64,000 nucleotides of DNA from Candidatus Nomurabacteria bacterium (GTDB lineage Bacteria > Patescibacteriota > Minisyncoccia > Phycocordibacterales > UBA9973). The stretch covers positions 49,913 through 113,912 of the forward strand of contig PMDZ01000005.1 of assembly GCA_003155695.1 (NCBI GenBank), read 5' to 3'. A model generated the notes under the pieces. The model did no database searches. It had not been told where the DNA came from and saw only the letters and a list, made by a program, of their open reading frames with translations. The position numbers and the translations under genes were made by a program. Positions 47,210 through 55,671 of the stretch are shown piece by piece; positions within the stretch are counted from its first letter, which is position 1; every line of letters begins with the position of its first letter.

Positions 47210-47887
47210 TCAGTTATAATCGGTAAAAATTGTTAGTAATGGAACTTTTTTTAATATCTGGGCCGGTTGTTTTATTATCTCAATATCATTCTCTACTAAA
47301 TCTTTCACCACTCCCCATTTCTCCTCACCTTGCATCCAAACTACTGCTTCATCAAGTTTTTCTATCGTCCTTGGAGTTATAGTGATGCGAACAAATATTG
47401 GTGTATCATAACTAGCAGCTAAATCTTGGCTCTCTACTGCAACACTTCCTGGTAATATTCCGGCAGTGTGCCCATCTTTGCCAATTCCGAACAAACCAAT
47501 TTTATAATCAGCAATTTTAAATTGTTGGTCAAGAACAATATTAAACTTTTGAGTTGTCGAAATTATACCTTCCCCTATCAAAATGGGAACAAATATCGCT
47601 CCCGGTACGTTGAAACCATTTTTAACTAGTCTGTACCAATTTGAATTTTCATGTTTAAGTGGACCATATCTCTCATCTGTCAGCATTACAGTCAAATTAC
47701 TAAGAGATTTATCTGCAAGCAACTCCGCAACTTTTGATGCGACAGCAATAGATGAACCACCAGTCGCAAAAAATAAAACCTTTTTCCCTTCCGAAAGCCC
47801 TTTGATAATAGAATCAGCAATAAAGTTTGCCGGGTCTTCTACTTTTGTTGTTGTTTTGATATTTAAATCCATGAACATATTATACAA
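47210..47887 (-). CDS. pgl: 6-phosphogluconolactonase (NagB/RpiA/DevB family)
   Basis: It has KVLFFATGGSS and MLTDERYGPLKHENSNW motifs and lies in an operon with zwf and gnd. Confidence 0.7.
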   Translation of the reverse strand: MYNMFMDLNIKTTTKVEDPANFIADSIIKGLSEGKKVLFFATGGSSIAVASKVAELLADKSLSNLTVMLTDERYGPLKHENSNWYRLVKNGFNVPGAIFVPILIGEGIISTTQKFNIVLDQQFKIADYKIGLFGIGKDGHTAGILPGSVAVESQDLAASYDTPIFVRITITPRTIEKLDEAVVWMQGEEKWGVVKDLVENDIEIIKQPAQILKKVPLLTIFTDYN

Positions 47888-47965
47888 AATACTGTGGGAA
47901 TATCATAGCCACAAAAATCAGGCAAAATTAAAACAGCAAGTTTTTATCTTGCTATTTTAATAAAT

Positions 47966-48283
47966 TTAGTTTAAATTTGTTGCTGACATTTCTTTCAAAG
48001 TTTCTAGATCTGGTTTCTTTTCCATTGGGATATTGTTCTTGATGTAAAAATCCTTTTCCCCTGAGCCTGCCACATTTAAAGCTCTTTTACGATCTTCATA
48101 CCATTTCATTACTGTAACTCCAGGATTCATCTTTTGATATTCTTTGTATAATTCTTTTTCTTCTTGACTCAAATTAATAATTTCTTGTTGTGTAGTTGTA
48201 TCTTGTGTTGATAAATTTTCCATATTATATTTTTCTGTTATTAATAATGAGCCTATTGTACAAAAAATAGGGGAAATAATCAA
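47966..48283 (-). CDS. Hypothetical protein
   Basis: An ORF with no recognisable motifs. Its likely start is at the internal MENLSTQ. Confidence 0.25.
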   Translation of the reverse strand: MIISPIFCTIGSLLITEKYNMENLSTQDTTTQQEIINLSQEEKELYKEYQKMNPGVTVMKWYEDRKRALNVAGSGEKDFYIKNNIPMEKKPDLETLKEMSATNLN

Positions 48284-48465
48284 TGTTTTAAAAATGATAA
48301 TTTTTATCTCCCATGCTTGTTCTTTGACCTCTGGATTGGTGGGTTTTTCATAACCAACTCCTTTTTCGCATCGGTTTTAATTTTGACCGGAAGCGGAATC
48401 ATTGCTTTCACATTTCTTTCTCTTATATTTTTTTTCATATATTTATAATACCATTTTTATAATAA

Positions 48466-48705
48466 TTAATCTTCAATTCTTTTTCCCCATTGCCACTTCG
48501 GTTTCTCACCTTTTTTATAACAAATATATATTAATACACCCGTAAATATGAATATGAAAAACAAATTTTTTAACCCTTCATGATCCATCTTCACCATTCC
48601 AAAAGCAAATAGCACCACCCAAACAAGTATAACTACCCAACCTTCCCAGGATGCAGGGTACCACCCGAAACCGTATAATTTTCTTCTAAACCATTTCTTT
48701 TCCAT
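48466..48705 (-). CDS. Small membrane protein
   Basis: A 79-aa protein with two TM helices. Confidence 0.25.
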   Translation of the reverse strand: MEKKWFRRKLYGFGWYPASWEGWVVILVWVVLFAFGMVKMDHEGLKNLFFIFIFTGVLIYICYKKGEKPKWQWGKRIED

Positions 48706-48733
48706 ACTTTATATCATATCAAATTCGGTGAAA

Positions 48734-49762
48734 TTAATCATTCCACTTCCCTTTGAATTTTCCGCCGAATTTTAATCCGGTTTGGAGAAATATTCCGGCT
48801 TCTTTCACCGAGCTCTCGGAATCAAGCAGTGTCGAATAAGCACCAGCTTGGTCGCCTTTATTCTCATGTTCATTTGCGTCATATAAAAACTGTTTGGCTC
48901 TATTTAGGGTTTGGTTCGTGCTTTCAATAATTTCTTGGCTCGATGCTGATGGCTTAGCTGAAGCACGATCGAGCTCGGTCGTTGTTTTATCAATCAAAGA
49001 TTGAATAGCTTCTTTCCTTCTTTTATAATTATCTAATTTGTTTTGTATTTTATTTTCGGTTTTTATTTCATCATTTTTGGAGATGTTTGTAATTAAATCG
49101 GCATTATCTCTAGCTGTCTTTGAAATCTGAATATCATTATATTGTCCGTTTTGGTCATATTCTTTTTTCCCACTTAGGATGTCCAGCACTTGGGCATGAG
49201 CGTTCATATTCGCATGAAAATTGGTGATGAGATCTTCGCTCTGTCCAATTGACCCTGTTGTTGATTCTATTTTATCAACCTTGTTAAGGGCGTTGTTTAA
49301 AGATGCCGTGTGTCTTTCCAGGAGGTTGTTAAGGCGGTTTTCGATTGGCTGGTTAAGTTTACCTTCGCCTGCAAGGGTCTCAGCCTCAACCATACGCTTT
49401 GTAGCAAGGTTACTTTCATATACGGCTTTAGCTTTAGGTGAAAATGTCAAAGCTCCGCGAATCGGTTCAACAATACTGACTTTGATTGGGTATAAAATGC
49501 TGTTTGGTAAACTGTCCTCGGAGGCAAAAGCAATACCTCCACTTGCAAGTATTATAATTAAAGGTACGACAACATAATATGCCAAACGGGTTTTCTTAAT
49601 TCTCGCTATGAATGAGTAATTAAACCATGGACTTCGTATAGATTCTTGAGATGAAGAAATTTTAGAATTTACTACATATTCAAACACCCGCTTCTTTTCT
49701 AAGGCGGTCATTTTAATTTTTTTGATTTCTTCAATTGAATTTTGTAAATTATTGTCTTTCAT
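48734..49762 (-). CDS. Single-pass membrane protein downstream of an ECF sigma gene, candidate anti-sigma factor with an extracytoplasmic helical domain
   Basis: A 342-aa protein with a short cytoplasmic N-terminus, one TM (LAYYVVVPLIIILASGGIAFA) and a long alpha-helical, coiled-coil-rich external domain. Confidence 0.35.
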   Translation of the reverse strand: MKDNNLQNSIEEIKKIKMTALEKKRVFEYVVNSKISSSQESIRSPWFNYSFIARIKKTRLAYYVVVPLIIILASGGIAFASEDSLPNSILYPIKVSIVEPIRGALTFSPKAKAVYESNLATKRMVEAETLAGEGKLNQPIENRLNNLLERHTASLNNALNKVDKIESTTGSIGQSEDLITNFHANMNAHAQVLDILSGKKEYDQNGQYNDIQISKTARDNADLITNISKNDEIKTENKIQNKLDNYKRRKEAIQSLIDKTTTELDRASAKPSASSQEIIESTNQTLNRAKQFLYDANEHENKGDQAGAYSTLLDSESSVKEAGIFLQTGLKFGGKFKGKWND

Positions 49763-49817
49763 CCCATTAGAAAATTTAAATGATAATATTTTTCTTTTCT
49801 TCCCGTAAGTCGATTTT

Positions 49818-50321
49818 CTAACGGGACAAGTATTTTTTTCTTAATTCTTCGAGCCCACGATTAATTCGAACCGAGGCGGCATTCGTTGATATTCCCAAAA
49901 TTTCCCCTATCTCCGGTGGCGATAAATCTTCACCATAGCGGAGATAAACCGGATCACGATAGGATGGAGAAAGTTCATTTATTTTATCCATCAGATATCT
50001 GCCCTCGGCCGAAGTGGAAAGATTAATTTCTGTTGTCTTCTCATCAACGACATCGATTTCCTTATCATCTTTGGAGAAAATTTTATCCCAGGACAAACTT
50101 TTCTTTTTCCGATACCAATCAATGACAAGTCGGTGAGCTATTGTGAAGAGGAATGCCCGACTATTTTGGATATCTTCACCTTTCTTTAAACTTTGCCATA
50201 ATCGTAGGAATGTCTCTTGGGTTATGTCCAAAGATTGCTCTCGGCTAGACACCCGAACCAAACAAAACCGAAATATAGCATCCGATTCCTTCTCATATAT
50301 TGTTTCAAATGTATGATTCAT
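49818..50321 (-). CDS. ECF-type RNA polymerase sigma factor
   Basis: It has region 2 (ETFLRLWQSLKKGEDIQNSRAFLFTIAHRLVIDWYRKKK) and region 4 (DPVYLRYGEDLSPPEIGEILGISTNAASVRINRGLEELRKKY). Confidence 0.75.
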   Translation of the reverse strand: MNHTFETIYEKESDAIFRFCLVRVSSREQSLDITQETFLRLWQSLKKGEDIQNSRAFLFTIAHRLVIDWYRKKKSLSWDKIFSKDDKEIDVVDEKTTEINLSTSAEGRYLMDKINELSPSYRDPVYLRYGEDLSPPEIGEILGISTNAASVRINRGLEELRKKYLSR

Positions 50322-50481
50322 GTCTACTTCCATATATTAAGACGCACAAGCGCCTGATTTCTTACTTTACGCATATATTTAAACTACAACAAATACATAT
50401 TAATGTCTATGTAAGAAAACCTCTACATCCTGCGTCTACTTAAATGTAAGGTCGCAATTTAAAAAATAATTATAAAATATA

Positions 50482-51528
50482 ATGAAAATATTAAAATCAA
50501 TCGGTCTAATGTCGCTTATCTTCACAACTGTTCTAATTGGGTTTGGGAGCTCTATCGCTCAAGCCGCAACTTATACAGTTGCCGATGTCGCGGCACACAA
50601 CACATCCACGGATTGTTGGGTTATAATAAATAATAATGTTTACGATTTAACGGATTTCATCACATCTCATTCAGGCGGAGCTTCAGTTATTGATGCTCAA
50701 TGCGGGAAAAATGGTACGGCATCATTCAATAGCGGGCCACACTCGGCAAGTGCATTGAGTGCTTTAAGTTCTTACTTATTGGGACCGTTGACAGTAGTGT
50801 CCCCAATACTTACAAGTTTGACAGTCATTCCGACTGCTCCAACGGTAATAATTGGTGGAACAATTCACTTAAATGCTACTCCTAAAAATCAAAATGGGGG
50901 GGCATTTATAGGAGCAACAACTACGTTCTCCTCCAGTAACACCGCTATTGCCACGGTTGGTAATACAAGTGGAATAGTTACAGGGGTCGCAATTGGAACT
51001 GCAACAATTACAGTATCCTCGACTAGTGGAAATATAACTGTCACCAAGACATCAATCGTAACAGTTACAGATGTAGCGCCGACATTGGTGCTTGATAGTG
51101 TTAAAATCACACCGGCTTCCCCTTCGGTTCAAATCGGTAAAACGGTTCAATTAACCGCCAAGGATAAGAATCAAAATGGCGGAAATTTTACCGGAGCAGA
51201 TACAACGTTCCACTCAAGTGATACAGGAATTGCCACAGTTGATAGTTCAACCGGCAAAGTCACAGGAGTCGCCGTCGGAAATGCCACGATTACCGCAACT
51301 TCAACTTATGGAAGTAAAGAAGTTAAAGGAACTGTGATTGTTAAAGTAGTTGATACAACTATTAAAACAATCAATACCGATAACAATGGGAAACATTTGG
51401 GTCAATTCAAAAATTGGTTCAGGAATTGGTTTAAGAACCATCACTTTGGCAAAAGAATTGGTTTCGGTTTTGGAGAGAAGAATAACCATCAAAATAACAA
51501 CAACGACAACGAAGGAAATGACAATTAA
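50482..51528 (+). CDS. Secreted protein with a cytochrome b5-like heme-binding domain, two Big_2 (bacterial Ig-like) domains and an aromatic/His/Asn-rich tail
   Basis: It has a signal peptide and a cyt-b5-like block (HNTSTDCWVIINNNVYDLTDFITSHSGG...SGPHSAS). Two tandem Big_2 repeats follow (ATVGNTSGIVTGVAIGTATITVSS and ATVDSSTGKVTGVAVGNATITATS). The tail is NWFRNWFKNHHFGKRIGFGFGEKNNHQNNNNDNEGNDN. Confidence 0.6.
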   Translation: MKILKSIGLMSLIFTTVLIGFGSSIAQAATYTVADVAAHNTSTDCWVIINNNVYDLTDFITSHSGGASVIDAQCGKNGTASFNSGPHSASALSALSSYLLGPLTVVSPILTSLTVIPTAPTVIIGGTIHLNATPKNQNGGAFIGATTTFSSSNTAIATVGNTSGIVTGVAIGTATITVSSTSGNITVTKTSIVTVTDVAPTLVLDSVKITPASPSVQIGKTVQLTAKDKNQNGGNFTGADTTFHSSDTGIATVDSSTGKVTGVAVGNATITATSTYGSKEVKGTVIVKVVDTTIKTINTDNNGKHLGQFKNWFRNWFKNHHFGKRIGFGFGEKNNHQNNNNDNEGNDN

Positions 51529-51567
51529 TAATAACAAACAACTAAACTAAAATAATCGACAAAATAA

Positions 51568-51608
51568 AAATCATCTCTCTGCTTTAAACGGGAGATGATT
51601 TTTATTTG
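51568..51608 (+). terminator. Intrinsic terminator (tcatctc-loop-gagatga followed by tttttatttg)
   Basis: It sits directly after the stop of the Big_2 protein gene, with a 7-9 bp stem and a T-rich tract. Confidence 0.55.
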
Positions 51609-51691
51609 TTCATCTTCAATTAATGCTAATATAATATAATTCCAAAGCATATGGTGATGCAATCGATAATTATTCATTTTTAATCCAATAT

Positions 51692-52144
51692 ATGCTTAAT
51701 ATAAAAACAATTGCTCCAAACTTTAAACTTCTAGACCAAAGCGGTGTAGAGCGTTCGCTTAGCGACCACCGAGGTTCTTATGTACTTGTTTATTTTTACC
51801 CCAAGGACGATACGGCAGGCTGTACCAAAGAAGCCTGTAGCATTCGTGATGTATACGGTGATTTCCAAAGCAATGGCGTTGTCGTTTTCGGCATTAGTTC
51901 CGACTCGATTGAAAGCCACAAAAAGTTCGCCGAAAAATATAAGTTGCCGTTTACTTTATTGTCCGACTCTAAAAAAGAAGTAATCAAAATCTATGGCGCG
52001 AATAGCACTCTAGGAACCAAACGGATTTCTTATTTGGTTGGCCCAAGTGGGTTGATAGAAAAAGTTTACCCTAACGTCAACCCGGCCCATCACGGGGCCG
52101 AAATACTGAAGGATATTTATGCGCTCAAAGATAATATAAAATGA
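51692..52144 (+). CDS. bcp: Peroxiredoxin, Bcp/PrxQ type
   Basis: It has FYPKDDTAGCTKEACSIRD with the peroxidatic Cys in a thioredoxin fold. Confidence 0.85.
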   Translation: MLNIKTIAPNFKLLDQSGVERSLSDHRGSYVLVYFYPKDDTAGCTKEACSIRDVYGDFQSNGVVVFGISSDSIESHKKFAEKYKLPFTLLSDSKKEVIKIYGANSTLGTKRISYLVGPSGLIEKVYPNVNPAHHGAEILKDIYALKDNIK

Positions 52145-52151
52145 GAAAAAT

Positions 52152-52673
52152 CTAGACAATACTTGTCGTATCATACCCCAATTCTTTGGCTCGGGAAATG
52201 GCTTTTTTAAAAAAATAAAACCAATGGTCATAATCTTTATTTTGATTTATCACTTTCCATCCGGAAAAAATTTCCTCGCTTGTCGCCCAGGCTAATTCAA
52301 ACTTTTCGTGTTCTTCCAATTTAGTCGGTTGTAAATTTGCGCTTTTTAGTATTACCAAAAAACAAGTAGCAAGAGCCACTCTGTTTATTTCCTTATTCCT
52401 ATTAAAATAATGCGTTAAAACTTTATCTACTTTTTCAATATGTAAAAAATCGTTTAAGCCACTCTCTTCAATTAATTCTCTCAATACTCCCTCTTCCTCA
52501 CTCTCTCCTTCATTAAAACCGCCACCATACAGACCCAATATTCCATTTTTTAAATTTTTGTATACGGCATATTTTTGTGTTTCCGGATTAAAGACAACAG
52601 AGCATCCGCCGTCGCGCCGCTCTTCATTCTCTCTTTTTATCCCGAATTCTAGTATCCCTTCTGTAACATCCAT
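52152..52673 (-). CDS. NUDIX-like hydrolase
   Basis: It has a Nudix-box-like GGGFNEGESEEEGVLRELIEESG. Confidence 0.5.
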   Translation of the reverse strand: MDVTEGILEFGIKRENEERRDGGCSVVFNPETQKYAVYKNLKNGILGLYGGGFNEGESEEEGVLRELIEESGLNDFLHIEKVDKVLTHYFNRNKEINRVALATCFLVILKSANLQPTKLEEHEKFELAWATSEEIFSGWKVINQNKDYDHWFYFFKKAISRAKELGYDTTSIV

Positions 52674-52715
52674 GCCATTTATATTATCACGAATATTTTT
52701 AATTAAAAATACAAA

Positions 52716-53879
52716 CTAATCATTTTTTGATTTAGTTAAAGAAAGAACAACCAAACCAATGATGATGAAAATTATGCTGATAAAGAAAGCTGTTCCCGAG
52801 CCAAATCTTTGCCAGATAAATCCTCCACCGATGCCGGCGATAAGCGCTCCGAAACCGGAAACGGCATTGACGAGCCCATAGGCTCCTCCACGATTCTCTT
52901 CTTCGGTCAGCATGGCAGCATATGAACGCTGGACTCCGTCGGTTAGTGCCGGGAAAATTCCAAGGACAAGAAAGCCGACGACGAGGAGCAGAAGTGATTT
53001 ATCAAATAGAAGAATTATATAACTCGCAATAAGAAACAGATAACCGGTAAAAATTATTTTCTTCGGTCCTAATTTATCACTCAACTTTCCACCGCTAATA
53101 GAAAATCCGGAATATGAGATATTATAAAGCACATAAAAAAGAGGTATAGAAGCCAGAGTCAACCCGATACTTTGAGTTTTAAGGAGCATAACAGCCACAG
53201 GCAAACTTCCAACAGAAAGAATAAATAGAGCAAGAAGATAAATTTTGAATCCCTTCGGGAAAAGAGCCAGCGAGGCCAAAGTCATTTTTTTCTTTTTATA
53301 GTTGCCAATGACATCGGTGATAAACAATGTCGCTCCGACAGCCAGTATACCGGCAATAAAAGCCGTAATAAATACTTTATTAAAACCCGTTGGAAATCGT
53401 CTTAAAATGAGATAGGCAATCAAAGGCCCTACAATCGCCCCAGCTGTATCCATAGCCCGATGATAGCCAAATGATTTACCCAGCTCTTCTTGGGGCGAAG
53501 AGAGAGAAATAATGGCATCTCTGGGTCCTTCACGTAATCCTTTGCCGACTCTATCGGCCAGACGGATGCCAACAACTCCAGCGACCGACGAAACGAGAAG
53601 GTATATCGGGCGGGTGATGACGGAAAGTAGATAGCCCGAAACGATAAATGGTTTACGTTTCTGTATTTTATCTGAAAGGCTCCCGGCGTATATTTTTATA
53701 AAATTTGCTCCGGCTTCGGCCACCCCTTCAACCAGGCCAAGTGATGCTGCTCCGGCTTTTAACACCGAAGTGAAAAATGCCGGTAGAACGGAAAGAATCA
53801 TCTCGGAAGAAAGGTCATTCAAAAAACTGACAACACCGAGTAGAAATATATTTTTCTGCAAGCCAAATATCTTTTTCAT
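52716..53879 (-). CDS. MFS transporter
   Basis: A 387-aa protein with 12 TMs, an MFS-like loop motif (DRVGKGLREGPRDAI) and a D-R/K-x-G-R-like motif. Confidence 0.6.
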   Translation of the reverse strand: MKKIFGLQKNIFLLGVVSFLNDLSSEMILSVLPAFFTSVLKAGAASLGLVEGVAEAGANFIKIYAGSLSDKIQKRKPFIVSGYLLSVITRPIYLLVSSVAGVVGIRLADRVGKGLREGPRDAIISLSSPQEELGKSFGYHRAMDTAGAIVGPLIAYLILRRFPTGFNKVFITAFIAGILAVGATLFITDVIGNYKKKKMTLASLALFPKGFKIYLLALFILSVGSLPVAVMLLKTQSIGLTLASIPLFYVLYNISYSGFSISGGKLSDKLGPKKIIFTGYLFLIASYIILLFDKSLLLLVVGFLVLGIFPALTDGVQRSYAAMLTEEENRGGAYGLVNAVSGFGALIAGIGGGFIWQRFGSGTAFFISIIFIIIGLVVLSLTKSKND

Positions 53880-53913
53880 GATATGAACTCAATAACAAAC
53901 GGAAATTTTAAAT

Positions 53914-54531
53914 TTAAAATCCTAAATCTTCATCGACTAAAATCATTCTCACCTTCCTTCCCAACATCGGATTTTCTCCATTGAACGTCACAATTTTGTT
54001 TGGTGTTGTTCCAACGCCGTATTTTTCTTTCATATGTTTATCCTCGAGAGGTACGACATATTCCATCAAGCGATTCATTGCATCGGCAAGTGTCGGAACA
54101 ATTTTCTTTGTGCTAACAACAAAAATGAGATTCGGCGAGGTGAAAACTATATGCGGCAGTTGGCTTCCGGTATTGGAAGCAATAACAAACTCGCCAGTCT
54201 CCACAAGAGCGTGGACACTTCCCAGATAGTAATCGGAGAGTACAGCTTGTTTGCGTAATTGTGATTGCTTAGATGGGTCCTTTTCGGCGATTATCGCCTC
54301 ATGTAGATTATTCCAGCCGTGTTCTCCCAGTTTTAGATAATCGACAAAGCCAATTTGTTCGAGTGTGACCGATGAACCATTCATAACCGACGCGCCCTTC
54401 GGGATAAGCTCTTTTATTTTTGCAAGCGCCAGAGAACCATTTTCCACTATCAACGCTTCGACATTTCTTTTGCCGAGTGCCTCTACAACTTTTTCCACAA
54501 TCTCTTTACTTGCCAATGTATTATATTGCAT
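53914..54531 (-). CDS. LUD-domain protein (LutC/YkgG-like)
   Basis: A 205-aa protein with the LUD/DUF162 pattern (VVEALGKRNVEALIVENGSLA...). Confidence 0.45.
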   Translation of the reverse strand: MQYNTLASKEIVEKVVEALGKRNVEALIVENGSLALAKIKELIPKGASVMNGSSVTLEQIGFVDYLKLGEHGWNNLHEAIIAEKDPSKQSQLRKQAVLSDYYLGSVHALVETGEFVIASNTGSQLPHIVFTSPNLIFVVSTKKIVPTLADAMNRLMEYVVPLEDKHMKEKYGVGTTPNKIVTFNGENPMLGRKVRMILVDEDLGF

Positions 54532-54588
54532 AAATAAAAAAACTTATTATAATTAAATCGACATTACTATTATTTTATTATATCAAAT

Positions 54589-55641
54589 TTAAAGAATAGC
54601 TGTGCATTTGATTCCGGTTGTAGTGCTAAATGCCGTGGATGGAGTGCACCCGGCTGGAAGTGTTCCATTCACACTTGCCAAGGCCGCATATGACATAGAG
54701 CCAAACACTCCGTCGGGAGTTAAGCCTTTACTGGTTTGGAAAGCTATTACTGCCGCTTTGGTTTTCGGACCAAAGTTACCATCGGCAGATATTCCCAGAG
54801 TTGTCTGAAGTAGCTTGACATCGTCCCCTGTTGAACCGATTCGTAGCGTCCTTGTAATGGATATTAATATTTTATTTGCCAAGGCTTTGATAATGGAATC
54901 CGGAAGCTCAATATTAAGTGTCTGAGCTGAAACTAATTCTTTACGATACATTATTACCATATTTTCCGCCAACTTCGTCTTATTATCGGCATTATCAAGA
55001 ATATTCTTTAGATATTTTATTTTATCTGCAAGAGGAAAAATTCTTGTCAACCTAGGGAAAGGGTCGGTCGCTACATCATTATCACGAACTTCAAAATGCA
55101 AATGTGTTGCTCCACCCGCAGCATTACCGGTGTTGCCAACGTAACCAATTAATTCTCCTTTCGAAAGTTCATCACCTTCAGTGATATCGGCAATTTCGTT
55201 AAGATGCATGTAGGCAAAAGTTTCTCCGCCGGGATTCGCTGTGTAAACATAATTACCGGCAGTATCGCCGACGCCAATGCGTATAACTACCGCATCCGTT
55301 GGTGAGACAACTGGCGCGCCTCTTGGAGCCATAATATCAAGACCTTCGTGAGTACGACCACCAGACCTCGGGTCGCCAAAACTACTATAAAGATTATCGG
55401 GTGTCACACCAAAGAGGATAGGGATAGGAAGGTCTACTACTTTGTCACTATCCAAATTATTTATCTTATTGTTAAGCGAACTTGAGCCCCTGCTCCACCC
55501 ACTTACTTGTCCCCAATCCACTCCTTCCCAAGGTCGGAGAGCAGCAAACGTCGTTAATGGTAAAATTGTGATTAAAACGAATAAAAAAAGGCTAATTATG
55601 CCAATAATTCGATAAATATGCTGTTTTTTCCTCATATGCAA
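54589..55641 (-). CDS. M23-family peptidase with a C-terminal peptidoglycan-binding (PG_binding_1) domain
   Basis: It has an N-terminal TM, LytM motifs (HEGLDIMAPRGAPV...GYVGNTGNAAGGATHLHFEV) and a C-terminal LRIGSTGDDVKLLQTTLG...DGNFGPKT domain. Confidence 0.8.
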   Translation of the reverse strand: MHMRKKQHIYRIIGIISLFLFVLITILPLTTFAALRPWEGVDWGQVSGWSRGSSSLNNKINNLDSDKVVDLPIPILFGVTPDNLYSSFGDPRSGGRTHEGLDIMAPRGAPVVSPTDAVVIRIGVGDTAGNYVYTANPGGETFAYMHLNEIADITEGDELSKGELIGYVGNTGNAAGGATHLHFEVRDNDVATDPFPRLTRIFPLADKIKYLKNILDNADNKTKLAENMVIMYRKELVSAQTLNIELPDSIIKALANKILISITRTLRIGSTGDDVKLLQTTLGISADGNFGPKTKAAVIAFQTSKGLTPDGVFGSMSYAALASVNGTLPAGCTPSTAFSTTTGIKCTAIL

Positions 55642-55671
55642 TTATAGCACTTTTTTGGGGATTAATTGAAT

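Noticed and set aside
48304-48438. Unannotated 44-aa basic ORF on the minus strand (MKKNIRERNVKAMIPLPVKIKTDAKKELVMKNPPIQRSKNKHGR), preceded by an A8 run.
   Set aside because: It has no recognisable family and no convincing ribosome-binding site for the first ATG. An internal AAGGAG-ATG would give only 15 aa. It was kept as a note only.
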